Shown: positions 26,101-40,763 of the stretch, one piece after another | Layout: every line of letters begins with the position of its first letter | Numbering within the stretch: position 1 is the first letter of the stretch | Assembly (NCBI GenBank): GCA_051294375.1 | Contig: CM119268.1 | Coordinates: 19,258,796-19,322,795, forward strand | Source of the DNA: Paraspadella gotoi | Taxonomy: Eukaryota > Animalia > Chaetognatha | Direction: 5' to 3' | DNA length: 64,000 nt | Translations under genes and position numbers: made by a program | The notes under the pieces: generated by a model | Databases searched by the model: none | Seen by the model: the letters and a program-made list of their open reading frames with translations, nothing else | What the model was told of the DNA's origin: nothing

Positions 26101-27179
26101 AGAGCAGAGAGAGAGAGCAGCAGAGAGAGACGCAGGATAAAGCATCCCCGTCTCCTATTCCTCTTCGACCCGTCTACAACCAATTTTTCATTACACACTG
26201 GCGGCCATCCATCTGCCAGTCGCCACATATTTTTTCCCTTTTTTTTTTAAATAAAAAAAGGCAAAAATCGACTTTGTCTCGAAAATAAGGCACAAGGTCG
26301 CACGACGACGACGACGACGACGACGGACGGACCGCGACGTCGTTATCATTCGATGACTTCGAAACATATGTCGCTGAGAAGGGGGGCGGAAGAGGCGGGG
26401 GGGTGAAAAAAGGGGAGGAGGAGCGAGGAGAGGAGGAGGAGGAGAGCAGGAGGAGGAGGAGGAGAAGGAGGAGATAGAGAGGAGCGATATGGAGGAACAG
26501 GGGAAGTTTAGGCGGTCGGGGGCAGAGTTTTGGAAGACATGAGACGGGAGCAGAGCTAGTGACATTAACCATCCATTTTGACATCTGAACCCATTCGATT
26601 CAAATGGACTGGCTCCCGCCCTCGCGAAAAGTTTTGACGCAATTTTTAATATACTAAAATAAAATGGATTCTCAACTCAATACAATGTCAACCGCCATTT
26701 TAGGGTATGTTGTCACATTTTCTACAATAAACTTCGCAATTCTCAGGAATCCGATAGCCAATATTTCTTGAACGGGCTCTCAAAATTTTTTCTTTACATT
26801 TTCACTTTGGTTATTTTAACTATGATACAATCATGTTAAAGTGGAATTATCCATTTGCGCTGAAAATTTTATTTAAAGTAAAAGTAAAAGAGCCGAGCTA
26901 ACGCATCGGAAATTCTAAGAGTTTCTCAACCGGGATCTCAAGATTCGGCAAAAAATCCTTATATCTTGGTAGCGCCGAAAATCTTCCAAAGAAGGTGGCA
27001 TTTCCGAAGATTTTGGTTAACTATTTTCTATAATTTATGGTTCGGATTATTTTTTTGAAACTTAAAAATTAGCCACATATTAGCCATCATTCTACAGTTG
27101 GCCGGTCCAAAGAATATATTAAAAACAACCTCTGCACTTCTTTTCGTCAGAGCTTAGTCCTAAGCGGTGCTCATCTCTC

Positions 27180-27212
<33 letters not shown>

Positions 27213-27230
27213 TCTCTCTCTCTCTCTTCT

Positions 27231-27290
<60 letters not shown>

Positions 27291-27884
27291 ACCCCTCCAG
27301 CACCTTTTCCGTCTTCGACTAACTGAAAAAAACCCAGCGTCTTATCTATAAAAAAAAGGAAAGTGGAAAAATCTCCATTTTCGCTTCGTCGTCGTCGTTC
27401 GTCGTCGTTCGCTCGTCGCCGTTATCGCCGCTGGTGTCATGCGACCGTCGTTTATCACATGTCATTAAAAAATCATCCTTTACGAAATGAACCTTCTTAA
27501 TAATAAATAAATAATTAATAATTAATAAATAAATAAATTTAGTTTACATTTTCCTTCACTATCCAATTAAAAAACCATTACATTTATTTCCTTTTCATAG
27601 TTGTTCATTATTTTTAGTAAGCTTTCTGTCATCGTTGCGTCTCCGTTGTCGTCGTCGTCGTCGTCCGTCGTCGTCGTCGGTTGGCGGGCGGTCAACTCAT
27701 CATGAATTATCTCCTAACCCCGCGTTGAGCCCACGGCCGCGCAAACGGCGCTGGAGCCGAAGGCGAGGCCCGAGGAGCTGATAGACGAGAGACGAGGAGA
27801 GAGCACGAGAGAATGAGAGATAGGAACGAGAGACGAGAGAGAGAGAGAGATCCGGCAAGAGAAGAGAGACGAGAGAGAAAGCAA

Positions 27885-28044
27885 ATATACGAAAGAAGAA
27901 GATAAAAAAGATGAGGCCAAGTCGGAGATTCTCACAAAATTAAAAAAATGAAAAGAAAAAAAGAAAAAGGAAAATCTGTCGAAAATGGACAATCGACCAA
28001 AGCAGAGTCATGACTTTTCCTCGTATTTCTCTATCACGAGGAAG

Positions 28045-28082
<38 letters not shown>

Positions 28083-28573
28083 TTAGGTTTTTTGTCCAAT
28101 GTGGCGGAGAGGACGTGAGTTGACTTAGAGTCATTGTTTACTGATTCGCCATCGCGTGGGTCAGAGTCAAGAGCTTGTTGAATGTGGATGGGTCGGGATG
28201 GTCATTGTTACACGGATCGGTTATCATCACTCGAAGATGTCCCAAGTTTGGTGTTCAGTTTTTTTTTAAAAATCGAATTATAATTTGTACATTTCATTCG
28301 CCTCGAGACCAAGCATTCTTTCACGGTGTTATTAATANNNNNNNNNNCGATGTTAATGATGACAACGATGGTAAAATAGACAGAAACTTACTAAAAAATA
28401 TGACAACTATGAAAAGAGGTAAATGTAATTTTTTGAATTGATAGTGAAGGAAAATTTACCAAATTATTTATTTATTAATTATTAATTATTTATTTATTAT
28501 TAAGAGTTCATTATCGTAAAAAGGATGATTTTTAATGACATTGATAACGACGTCCATGACACCAGCGGCGATA

Positions 28574-28607
<34 letters not shown>

Positions 28608-30335
28608 NNNNNNNNNNNNNNNNNNNNNNNNNNNNNNNNNNNNNNNNNNNNNNNNNNNNNNNNNNNNNNNNNNNNNNNNNNNNNNNNNNNNNNNNNNNNN
28701 NNNNNNNNNNNNNNNNNNNNNNNNNNNNNNNNNNNNNNNNNNNNNNNNNNNNNNNNNNNNNNNNNNNNNNNNNNNNNNNNNNNNNNNNNNNNNNNNNNNN
28801 NNNNNNNNNNNNNNNNNNNNNNNNNNNNNNNNNNNNNNNNNNNNNNNNNCTAGATTTAGGGGTTATTTTTCAAGATTAGGACTCTCGTTGCTTCGCACAA
28901 CCGATGGATACGACGACGACGACGACGACGACGACGACAACGACGATGGGGAAAAGGAAGTGGATTATATTGACGATAATAATAAACACGACGACAGAGT
29001 TAGACCATTTTCGGATTCATTGACCCTTTTAGTTATTCACGCCTTTTTTCTTGGCTACAAAAATTTTCAAGACATCGACGCATCACTATTTTTTTCATCT
29101 CGCCCGTCCTGGCAAGATTTAGTTTCGGCTCAGCTTCTTTGTGACGTCGTCGTTATTTTTTGTGTTTTTTTTTTTTNNNNNNNNNNNNNNNNNNNNNNNN
29201 NNNNNNNNNNNNNNNNNNNNNNNNNNNNNNNNNNNNNNNNNNNNNNNNNNNNNNNNNNNNNNNNNNNNNNNNNNNNNNNNNNNNNNNNNNNNNNNNNNNN
29301 NNNNNNNNNNNNNNNNNNNNNNNNNNNNNNNNNNNNNNNNNNNNNNNNNNNNNNNNNNNNNNNNNNNNNNNNNNNNNNNNNNNNNNNNNNNNNNNNNNNN
29401 NNNNNNNNNNNNNNNNNNNNNGAGAGAGAGAGAGAGAGCTAAAGTAAGCTCGATTTTTTTTTCGTCAATATCGATAGGAAGAGATGATTATCAATGAAGC
29501 CTCTAATTTTACATTAGCTTTCTTAATTTTTTTGTTTAATATTTTTTATTCAATATATATACCTTGTTTATTGTGTCTTACCTGAAGAGACGAGAGAAGC
29601 CAATTTGCGTCGAGGACGAAAAAAAAATAAAAAAGGGAAAAAATAAAATGGAAATATTGAATGAATAAGGAGCGCATGACATAAAAAAAGACAACATCAA
29701 AAGTTGACTTAATCAACAAAGTTTGAGTCACGTTCTCTGGAAAATGAGGAATTCTTCTTTCGGGTGTATCAATTAATTAGTAAAATTTATGAGATGAATT
29801 TAAGATGAGAAAGGTTTTCACAACGAAATTTTAATGAAAAATAACAGACATATTTCGGTCTTAATTTCAGACCTTCAAAAAGGATCGCTTGATTTGGTAC
29901 AACAAATGATTACAATAAATATACGAAAGAAGAAGATAAAAAAGATGAGGCCAAGGGAGAAAGAGAGGCAGAGGCGACGACGAGAAGAGAGGAGACAGAG
30001 AGATAGAGGCTTTAGGCCTTTTTTGCTCCCAATGGTGGCGGAGAGGACGCGAGAGGTTGGACTTAAGGTCATTGTTTACTGGATCCAATCGCTGCTGGGT
30101 CGGTCCAAACAGCATTGTTGAATGTGATGGTCGGGCAATGGGGTCGTCATTGTTGACACGGTCGGTTATCAATGACACTCGAGCATTTTATGTTGTCCCC
30201 CAAGTCTTGGGTGTTCAGTTTTCAAAAAAAGGAGAAGAGAGGGGTCGGGTCGAGATGGTAGCAGATTTTTACATTTCATTCGCGTCGAGAAACCCAAGGA
30301 TTGCTCTTGTGGCAGCGGGGGTGTTATTAATAATA
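27885..30335 (+). repeat. Noisy direct duplication: 27885-28337 repeated at 29915-30335
   Basis: Shared gaagaagataaaaaagatgaggccaag, gtggcggagaggacg, gtcattgtttactg, acatttcattcgc and gtgttattaata in the same order, separated by N gaps. Confidence 0.8.
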
Positions 30336-32200
30336 TACATAAATCATTAGGAGGCATTAATTCTCTTCTCGATTAGCCTCAGCGAGTACTGTAAGGAGAT
30401 TCCCCCACTGGTCCAGCCTTTCCTGATCCTCATAATCACGGCAGATCTGTTGTTCCCACTTTTCAAACCGAACCCTTCCCAATGCAACCTTTTAGGCCCC
30501 TTAACCCAACGGAGGTCAACCGATGACCAAGACCGCGCGCCCGTTTTCCAGTCGACCCGGCGCCTTCTGAGCTCAATATTCGACGCTTGGGCGTCAACCG
30601 AATCGACTCGACGCTCAGACTCGCCGCGGGGGGGGGGGTGGACGGGCGACGAGGGAGAAAGGTAGTGGGTAGGGTTATAGATGCTATGAGATTAGGGGGC
30701 GTGGGAATGGTGGACGAATGTTAATGATGATTTGAATGATGATGTTACCTGTAATCGTTGCAGTATATCGCGAGCCAGTAATTGCGTATTGCCAGTTATT
30801 TCTGGGCGATGGAAAGAATATAATAAATAAGGAAGAGGCCCCTCGCAAAGTCTCGCGTCACATCCGCCGAAAGATTTTCCCGGAGATCTAACATATAGAG
30901 ACCTCAGGACTGTGTACACTGCGCGAAAAGGGACGAGCGGGCAAAAGGGCAAGAATGACGGACGAACGGGCCAAAGGGGCGAGCGCCTTGGCATCAGGGA
31001 TGCCAAAAAAGGGGCTAAGAAAAACAGGATAATGAAACGCTGAGAGGCTTAAATAAGACAGAACTGGATGCATTATCAGAGGAAAGGTTGAAACGTTTTC
31101 ACATCTCAGGCAGCAATAGGGAGCAAAAACCACGGCGTCTCCGTTAATCAGCGATATCACTATCCATGATCACACAGGTCTCATCATAACACATCATCAT
31201 CAACATCAAGATCATCCATCAACCATCTCAAGATCATCTATCATCCATCATCATCGGTCATCGTCATCGTCATCATCGTCCTTCATGTAGGTGACATATG
31301 CCACGCCAGGATCTCGTGTTCGAGTTCTTGCTCGGACTGAACGAATGTCATCCTCAATATTCATTATATCGCCATCATCCTTCAATCACGTCGATTCATT
31401 TGATCCGTTTGAAACTCTTCCAAACGATTTTGGCGCCGGTTTCGCTTTAGGTAAAACACGCTCGCTCAGCCTTCTGTCATCATCGTTATGTCTTTGCCGA
31501 ATGGTCATTCTGTATTCCTCTTTTTTCGAGTCGTCCGTACGTCGTCCGTCCGTTATACGTCGTCGGCCTAGAGCAGAGATAAATGGAATCCAGGTCCAAG
31601 AAAAAAAAAGAAGCAAAAATATAATCCGAATGAGATAATTTAGGAAAAAAAATAGAAAGCTTGAGGAGTGAAGGCTCGAAGTGAGAGAAGCGAGAGACGA
31701 GAGGAGCAGAGAGAGAAGAGTACGACGAGAACTGAGAAGATGAGAGAAGATGAGAGAGAGAGAGAGAGAGAGAGCAGAGAGGATAAGATGACAATGTATG
31801 TAGCGGAAGGGAAGCTCCACCATGATCATCTATCGCGTCTTTCATGAGAGGTTTGCACCAGAATTGGAGCAATTCCCCATTTTCTTCTCTCTCTCTCTCT
31901 CTCTCCTCTCTCTTCTCTCATCTCCCTCTCTCTCTCTCTCTCTCTNNNNNNNNNNNNNNNNNNNNNNNNNCTCTCTCTCTCTCAATGTGTGTCCTCTCAG
32001 CCTTAAGTGGCTAAAAGCTAAGAGCGAGAAATTCCTCTTTTTTCCTTTAATCGTCGATTTCGTTTCGCGATTCGACGAAGCAAAACTCGATGTCTTTCGT
32101 CTCCGTTTTATGACTCGCAATAAATAAACACTTTTCATTTATTCTAATAAATATTTATTTATAGGATTTAACCTTTAATTTCGTAAATTCTTGGTTAAAT

Positions 32201-32248
32201 TCCAGAGTCTCTATGGAGGCGTGGGTTCGAATCCCACCACTGCCACCA
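32201..32248 (+). pseudogene. 3' half of tRNA-Leu (AAG/TAG type) including the CCA tail
   Basis: tccagagtctctatggaggcgtgggttcgaatcccaccactgcca+cca matches the metazoan tRNA-Leu variable arm, T arm and acceptor 3' strand. No intact 5' half is present. Confidence 0.85.
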
Positions 32249-33718
32249 CGTTTAAGGAAAAACTCAGGGATTTCGAGGGGAGAAATCAAGATGAGATTTT
32301 ATTCTAAGAATAAAGATGACGGTGAGACACACGCAGGAGTCATGATCAATGCTACTGAAACTAGAACAAGCTAAGTCTATTTATAACTAGGGATGAGGAT
32401 CGGCGACGTGGATAAAATTTACAGTTCCAATGATTCTGCAATCTGATTGGTCGATTTCGGTTCCATGCTTGACCAATCAGGATTCGGAGATTCCATTTCC
32501 GCGGAGATCTTTCTAGTCTCCGATCGGATTTGCTTTTGGTGGCTTTTGGTGTACTCCTGTGATGATACTGACGAGAAAGAACAATCAAATACGCATTCTC
32601 TATAGTTTCGTTTTTCTGCGAGTAATTGAGTCAAAATAGAATTGAGTAGGCAAAATTAGGCTCTGCCAGACTTTTTTAAAATTTTACAAAACTTTGTACA
32701 GAAGATTCCCTACTTAGTTTTATAAAAAAAATCAATTTGTTGCTTAAATTTAAAAATCTATATCATTAAAAAATTGTCAGAATGATATCAAACTTACTAA
32801 ATTGCTCATCTTGAGCTTAAATAATAAACAAAAATACCTCATTTGCATGTATAAGGAAAATACAGGGTTTTTTCCTTTTGATGCGCAGGTTGTTTTAAAA
32901 CATAGTCGAGCATTAACACTGAATATATATTGATAAATGTGTCAACTTTCCCTGTGACATTGCTTCCATTCCCTGTCTTTGAATGCCAAAGAAAATTCAC
33001 TAAAACTAAACTTTCACTCTTCTTAAATCCGGCTGAGTAATAGATAAGTATTAATAAACAAATATTAAATAAACTTAGTAATGATGTAAGTCGGACGGAG
33101 TCGGGAATTCCCTCGTTTCCCCTCTTCCCTAAAATTCCAAGTTTCAGACGGAGCTGCATCTCTATAAAAATCTCCCACAAAGAGAGAGAGAGAGANNNNN
33201 NNNNNNNNNNNNNNNNNNNNTATTAATCGTATGTATGTAGATTTTGTAAGATTATTGTACTTCTCTTTTATATTATTTCTATTCTTATTTGATTAATATA
33301 CTTTTATATATATTTTCTTGTTTCTTCTTTTCTTCTTCTTCTCTCTCTCTTTTGTCGTATTCTTCTCTCTGATCTCTCTCAGTTCTCTCCTCGTCGTCTT
33401 CACTCTTCTCTCCGCTCTTTCTCTCTCTCTCAGCTCTCGCTCCCTCTCTCTACTCCTCCCCTGCTCCTCTCTCTCCTCTCCTCTCCGCTCCTCCTCTCCC
33501 CTCCCATTCGTCGCCGGGTCTCTCTCTCTCTCTTTACTTTTCTTTTGCGATCTTGAGGCCAAAACGCGTAAATAAAAACGTTGCCATTAATTTTTTCTTC
33601 TTCTTTGTGGGAGATTTTTGTAGAGATGCAGCTCTCTCCATCTCATCTTTCTCTCTTTCTCTCTTCTCTCTTGTTGCGTCTGAATCTCTTCTCGTCTCTT
33701 CAGTGCCTCCTCATCTCT

Positions 33719-33753
<35 letters not shown>

Positions 33754-33844
33754 TTCAACTCGTTTTTTTCTTGGTAGGTTTTAAGAGAAGTATTTTTTTA
33801 CAGCCATGTTTATTCTTTTGGTCGGGTCAAAAATATTTTCACTT

Positions 33845-33845
33845 T

Positions 33846-33928
<83 letters not shown>
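33845..33928. repeat. (TTTC)n microsatellite
   Basis: Direct reading of the sequence. Confidence 0.95.
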
Positions 33929-35375
33929 ATTTTTCATGTATGTTCAATTGTTTATTGTTCAAACTTTTGAATTCTCCTTTCACTTTTTGCTTTTCTCTAT
34001 TTACCTCTCATTCTGTCTATTTATTTTGAGTTTTCTCTTAATCACTCTCTTTCACTCTTTCACGCTTTAACTCTTTCAATCTTTCACCCTTCTTCTCTTA
34101 ATTNNNNNNNNNNNNNNNNNNNNNNNNNNNNNNNNNNNNNNNNNNNNNNNNNNNNNNNNNNNNNNNNNNNNNNNNNNNNNNNNNNNNNNNNNNNNNNNNN
34201 NNNNNNNNNNNNNNNNNNNNNNNNNNNNNNNNNNNNNNNNNNNNNNNNNNNNNNNNNNNNNNNNNNNNNNNNNNNNNNNNNNNNNNNNNNNNNNNNNNNN
34301 NNNNNNNNNNNNNNNNNNNNNNNNNNNNNNNNNNNNNNNNNNNNNNNNNNNNNNNNNNNNNNNNNNNNNNNNNNNNNNNNNNNNNNNNNNNNNNNNNNNN
34401 NNNNNNNNNNNNNNNNNNNNNNNNNNNNNNNNNNNNNNNNNNNNNNNNNNNNNNNNNNNNNNNNNNNNNNNNNNNNNNNNNNNNNNNNNNNNNNNNNNNN
34501 NNNNNNNNNNNNNNNNNNNNNNNNNNNNNNNNNNNNNNNNNNNNNNNNNNNNNNNNNNNNNNNNNNNNNNNNNNNNNNNNNNNNNNNNNNNNNNNNNNNN
34601 NNNNNNNNNNNNNNNNNNNNNNNNNNNNNNNNNNNNNNNNNNNNNNNNNNNNNNNNNNNNNNTTTATTCTTTGCCCTCATTTTTTTTCCAATTCCCCCGA
34701 GTTTTTTGTTGCGCTTATTTATTTCACTTTATTTATTCATTTCGTCTTTATTTATGTTTTGGGTCAAAATGTTTACATTTGGTCGCCGTCGTCGCCTCGA
34801 TTTACTCTGTGACGACGTCGTCGTTGTTGTCGTCGTTGTCATGGAAACGCCCATGCAAGGAATTACGTACTTTTGCATAAAGATNNNNNNNNNNNNNNNN
34901 NNNNNNNNNNNNNNNNNNNNNNNNNNNNNNNNNNNNNNNNNNNNNNNNNNNNNNNNNNNNNNNNNNNNNNNNNNNNNNNNNNNNNNNNNNNNNNNNTTAT
35001 TTATTTATTTATTTATTTATTTATTTTATTTTATTTATATTTCATCTTATTTTTATTTTCATTTATTTTCATAAATTTATTTAATTGTACGTAGAAGATG
35101 AAAGGTCTTCTTAATAATTGTTTTAAGAGCATCTTATTATTTTATAATTCATATTTCAAATATATTGAAGTCATTTCAACGTCAAACCCGATAATTTTTT
35201 TGTGTCTTGAACTCGAAATATTTGAACTGACAACCGCGGCGTCGTCGTTGTTTGAGGATGAGGCTGCGGGGGCGGCGGTGGAAGCGGCTGCGGCAGCTGC
35301 GATGGAAGAAAACCTCGACGCGGGTCAAAGTTTGTTTTTCCAGTGTTGACAATTTGTCAATCTGAGCTGAAAACT

Positions 35376-38160
35376 ACGACGATCGTTGGAGACGACGTTG
35401 ACGACGACGAATGAAGACACGGTTGGACGGACCGACCGATGAAGACGACGTTGACGACGACGATGAAGACGACGTTGACGACGACGATGAAGACGAGTTG
35501 ACGACGACGATGAAGTGACGACGATGACGATGCGCGACCGATGAAGACGACGGTTGGCGACGACGAAGAAGACGACGTTGACGACGACGATGAAACGAAC
35601 GGAGACGACGATGAGACGAGTTTCACGACGATGAAGACGACGTTGACGACGAGATGAAGACGACGTTTGACGCTGACGACGACGATGAAGACTGACACGA
35701 TGAAGAGACGAGTTGATGACGACGAGAGACGACGATGAACTGACAACGACGATTTGATGGAACGTGACGGCGGAGCGATGATGAAGACGACAATGAACGA
35801 CGATGAATGAAGACGACCGTTGACGACGACGATGAAGACGACGTTGACGACGACGATGGAAGACGAGACGACAGACGAAGTGGATGACGACGATAGACAC
35901 GAGAACCGATAACGACGATGTGGTGACGACGACGATTTGAAGAACGACTTAAAGTAAGACGTAGCGCGATTCGCATTGAAGACGATGGATATGCATGAGA
36001 CGATGAAAGACGCAATAAAACCGGATGAGACACTGCGACGATGATAAGAACGACGTTGACGACGGATGAAGACGAGTGGACACTGAGACGAGACGAGGAT
36101 ACATGAAGACGACGATGAACGAGTACGACAATATGAAGACGACGAAACTGTTGACGACGACGAATGAGACAAGGTGACGACTCGTGAAACACATAAAGAC
36201 GCGATGGAAGACGACGTTGACGACGACGATGAAGACACGTTGACGAACGGACGAATGAAGACGACGGTTGACGACGAAGATGGAAGAAGTGATGAGACGA
36301 CGATGGACGACTGAAGCGTTGATGACGACGATGATGAAGACAACTAAGAACCGACGATGAAGACGACGTGACGACGACCGATGAGGTTAGACGACGATGG
36401 ACGTTACGACGACGATGAAGACGACGAAAGACGATCTGACGACGATATGAAGACGACAGATGACGACGATGACTGAGACGACGATGAGAGGAACGACTAA
36501 AGACGAGTTTGAACGACGACGAGACCATGACGAGTGACGAAATGATCGAGATGAGATACGACATATAACGACGATTATGAAGGACGACGAAATTGAAGGA
36601 AGACGTGACGACGACGAATGAAGACGAGGTTGACGAACGACGTGATGACGTACGACGAGATGAAGACGACTTTGACGGACGACGGATGAAGACGACGTTT
36701 GAGCGGACCGACCGATGAAGACGACGTTGACGATGACGAGTGAAGACGAGCTGCGTGACGACGAGTTGGACATCGAGATGAAAGATGACGATTGAAGACG
36801 ACGATGAGACGTTGTGAAGACGACGATGAAGACACGAATGACACGATGAAGACGCACACGTTGACCGACGACGATGAAGACGACGGTTGACGACCGACGA
36901 TGAAGAGAACGACGATGATGAAGACGGAAGTTGATGACGACGATGAAGACAACGATTGAAAACGACGATAACGACGAATGATGAAGATTGACGCATGAAA
37001 GGAAGACAGTTGACGACGACGATGAAGACGATGTTTGACGACGACGATAGACGACATGAACGACGAAGATGAAGACGATGGATGACATGACGATGACGAG
37101 AGACAACAAAAAGACGACGATTGAAGACGACGGTTGCACGACGATTGATGAAGACAACGGTTGACGACGAGAAGATAGACGACGATGACGACGATGAGAC
37201 GAGATGAAATGACGAAGTTGATGACGCGACGTAATTGAAAGGACGGACAGGGTGAAAAGACGATTAACCGACAATGATAAGACGCACGGATGAAGAGAGA
37301 CGTTGCTTGACGACGACGATGAAGACAGAGGTTTGACGACGACGAAATGAAGAAAACGAATAATAAAGACGGACGATTGAAACGACGAAGTTGAACGACG
37401 ATGATGAAAGACGAGGTGATGAGAGATACTGACGATGAAGACGACAGATTGACCGACGACGATGATGAAGACGACGATGAAGACGACGTTGACCGACGAT
37501 GATCAAAGTTGACGACTGTTGACGACCGAAATAATGGGAAGACGAAGATTGACGACAACGATGAAGACGAATATGAAAGACGAATAGTTACGATGACGAC
37601 GAATGAAGACGACGATGAAACGACGACGATACGAACGACATTGAAGACGACGATGACAGGAGACGTTGACGACGACGATGAAGACAAGGTTAGTTGACGA
37701 CGACGATGAAGACACACAATAAAGACGACGATGAGACGACGTTTGACGACGACGATGACAAGACGAGGTTGACGACGAGCGATTGAAGAGGACGATGACG
37801 ACGATGATGAAGACGGATGATGAAGATGACGATGAAAGACGACGATGAGAACGATGATGAAGAACGACGATGAAGACAACAATAAAACGACGATCAACGA
37901 CGACGTTGACGACGACGATGAAGGACGAGGTTGACGACGGACGATGAAGACCGAGATGGTCGATATGAGACGACGATGCGACTGATGAAGACGACGATGA
38001 AAGACGATTTGACGATGAAGACGATGATGTGAAGACGACGATGACGACGATGATGAAGACGACGATGACGATGACGATGAAGACGATGACGATGAAGACG
38101 ACGACGATGAAGACGAGGTTGACGACGACGATGAAGACGACGATGAATACGACGATGAAG
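35376..38160 (+). repeat. ~2.8 kb minisatellite, consensus ~24 bp GATGAAGACGACGTTGACGACGAC
   Basis: The unit recurs throughout, e.g. 35438-35490 and 38100-38140, with heavy indel noise in the middle. Confidence 0.9.
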
Positions 38161-38762
38161 AAGCCAATCCATACATTGACGTAAACATTAAGGCGGTCAA
38201 AAATTGAAAACTTTTTTTAAATTCTAGTTCTATCCAAAAATTTCTTTTTTCCTTCTATTACTAAATCGATTTTCAATGCAACTTTTTGAATTAGTTCATT
38301 GGGTTGTTGCATTGAAGCTTTTAAATATTTATTAATATATAACAAATGACAAAAAATTGTATTAAAATTGTATTTAAAAAATCATCTCTATCATCATCAT
38401 CCTTGGCTGAATTTTATAGTTTTTTAAAATGTTTATCAATAAAACAAAACTATTTTAACATGTTGTAATAATAACCTTTGTTTAACCCTTAAAGCTCTAT
38501 CATAATCTATTGAAAAAAAGAAAAATTAAAAAAAATTTAAACTTTATATAGTAATAAAATAATTTCATATTCTCTAACAGTCAATTGACCATTATCTATT
38601 TGAAAGAACTTCCAGTTTTCGACTTGTTCCGGCCTAATAGACATAGACAATGAGACAAACAAAGGAACTCATTCAAAAAGTTCAAGGTGCATACATTTGT
38701 TGAAAACTGTAGTAGTGTTCTTCTTCTAACACCTCAATACGGTCATTTAAATGTGTTGCCAA

Positions 38763-38828
<66 letters not shown>

Positions 38829-39092
38829 TTATGCACAGATTGGACGGTATTATTCCTCTTTTTTTCTTTTCCCAGGAAAATTTCTTGTTTCGGCCGCTGA
38901 AACGATGTTTGCGTTTATTGGTCGTCGTCATCGTCTTCGAGATCGTCGTCGTTAAAAATCGTCTTCGTCGCCATAGCAACCAAAGAAGGCCGTAAAAGCC
39001 CCAACTTGGTTGTCGTCGTCGTCGTCGCCCTCGTAGCTTCGGAGATCTGAACCAATTTTCGTCTCCTTCGTCGTCGTTAATGCCCCCGCCTC

Positions 39093-39155
<63 letters not shown>

Positions 39156-39544
39156 TCCCCTACGCCTCATTTCTTCTAACCGTTCGCTTTCCTTTTTTTT
39201 CGTGAAATTTTTTTTCCCTTTTTACAGTCGGCGTTGGTTTTTTATTAAGCCGTTATAAAACTACAGGTGGCGCTGCTATAAGGGATAGAGATAGAGAGGA
39301 ATGACGGCTGAGAAAGAAATGAGATCTTTTTTGAAGTAAAGTTTTTTAAGAAAAAATGTTAAAAATTTTAAAGTAAATTCTCCAACCATCCACTTTTTTA
39401 AAAAAAATATCCAAAATACATAGAGCTCGCTCGCAAAGTTATTGATAATATTTTAACTTAGTTTTAACGTACAAACTTGGAGGTATTAATGTTTTTACTA
39501 GATTTCATTGATTTTTTTTTTAATTTTTTTTTTCTCTTTTTTTA

Positions 39545-40681
39545 TTTATTACTTTCTTCTTCCTCCCTTTCTTCTTCTCTTCTCTTCCTCCTCTTCTTCA
39601 TTATCCTCTCTTCTTCTTCCTCTCTTCTTTTTCCCCCTTATTTTTTCCTTCTTTCCTCCTTTCGTTCTGTTTTCTTCTTCTCCTTTTCTTCTTTCTCTCC
39701 CTCTTTCTTCTTTCCCTTTCTTTTCTTCTTCCTCCCTTTTCTTCTTCCCCCCTTTCTTCCTCTCCCTTTTCTTTCTTCCTCCTTTCTTCTTCCTCCCTTT
39801 CTCTCTTACTCCCTTTCTTCGTCCTCTCTTTAGTTTCCTCCCTTTTCTTCTTCCTCCTTTCTTCTTTCCCCTCCCTTTTCTTCTTCCCTCTTCATCTTCA
39901 TCTCTTTTTTCTTCCTCCCTTTCTTTTTCCTCCCTTTCTTCTCTTTCTCCCTTTCTTCTTTTTTTCCTTTTCGTCTTCCTCCTTTTCTTCTTTCCTCCAT
40001 TTCGTCTTCCCTCCATTTTTCTTCTCCCTTTTGTCTTCCTCCTTTCTTCTCCTCCTTTTCTTCTTTCTTTTCGTCTTCCTCCATTTGTTTTCCTCCCTTT
40101 CTTCTTCCTCCCTTTCGTCTTCTCCCTTTTTTTTCTTTTTCCCTTTATTTTTCCTTCTTTTTATCCTCCTCCCTTTCTTCTTCCTTCCTTTCTTGTTCCT
40201 CTATTTCTTCTTCCACCCTTTCTTCTCTCCTTTTCGCTCTTCCTCCCTTTCTTTCTTCCTTCCCTTTCTTCTTCCTTCCTTTCTTATTCCTCTCTTTCTT
40301 CCTCCTCCCTTCTTCTCTCCCTTTCATCCTCCTCCCTTTCTTCTTCCTCCCTTTCTTGTTCCTTTTTTTCTTCTTCCTCTCTCTTTCTCCTCCCTTTGGT
40401 CTTTTCTCCCCTTTCTTCTTCCTCCCTTTCTTGTTCCTCTATTTTTCTTCTCCTCCCTTTTCTTCTCTCTTTCTTCTTCTTCCTTCTCTCTCCTCTTTCT
40501 TGCTCCTTTCTCTTCCTTTTCTTCCTTTCCTTCTCTTCTTTCTTCTTCTCTCTGCTCTTTTCTTCTTCCTCCTCCTCCTCCTTGGCAGCAAATCAGTTTT
40601 CATCTTTGTTTATCCATCATCATCATCTGCGGTCTTTTCTACCGCGAGCCACATTTTTTTCTCATTTTTTCACTCTCTCTT

Positions 40682-40715
<34 letters not shown>

Positions 40716-40722
40716 CTTCTCT

Positions 40723-40763
<41 letters not shown>

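Noticed and set aside
35325-38200. Long Ser/Arg/Val-rich minus-strand ORFs
   Set aside because: Antisense translations of the GAC minisatellite.
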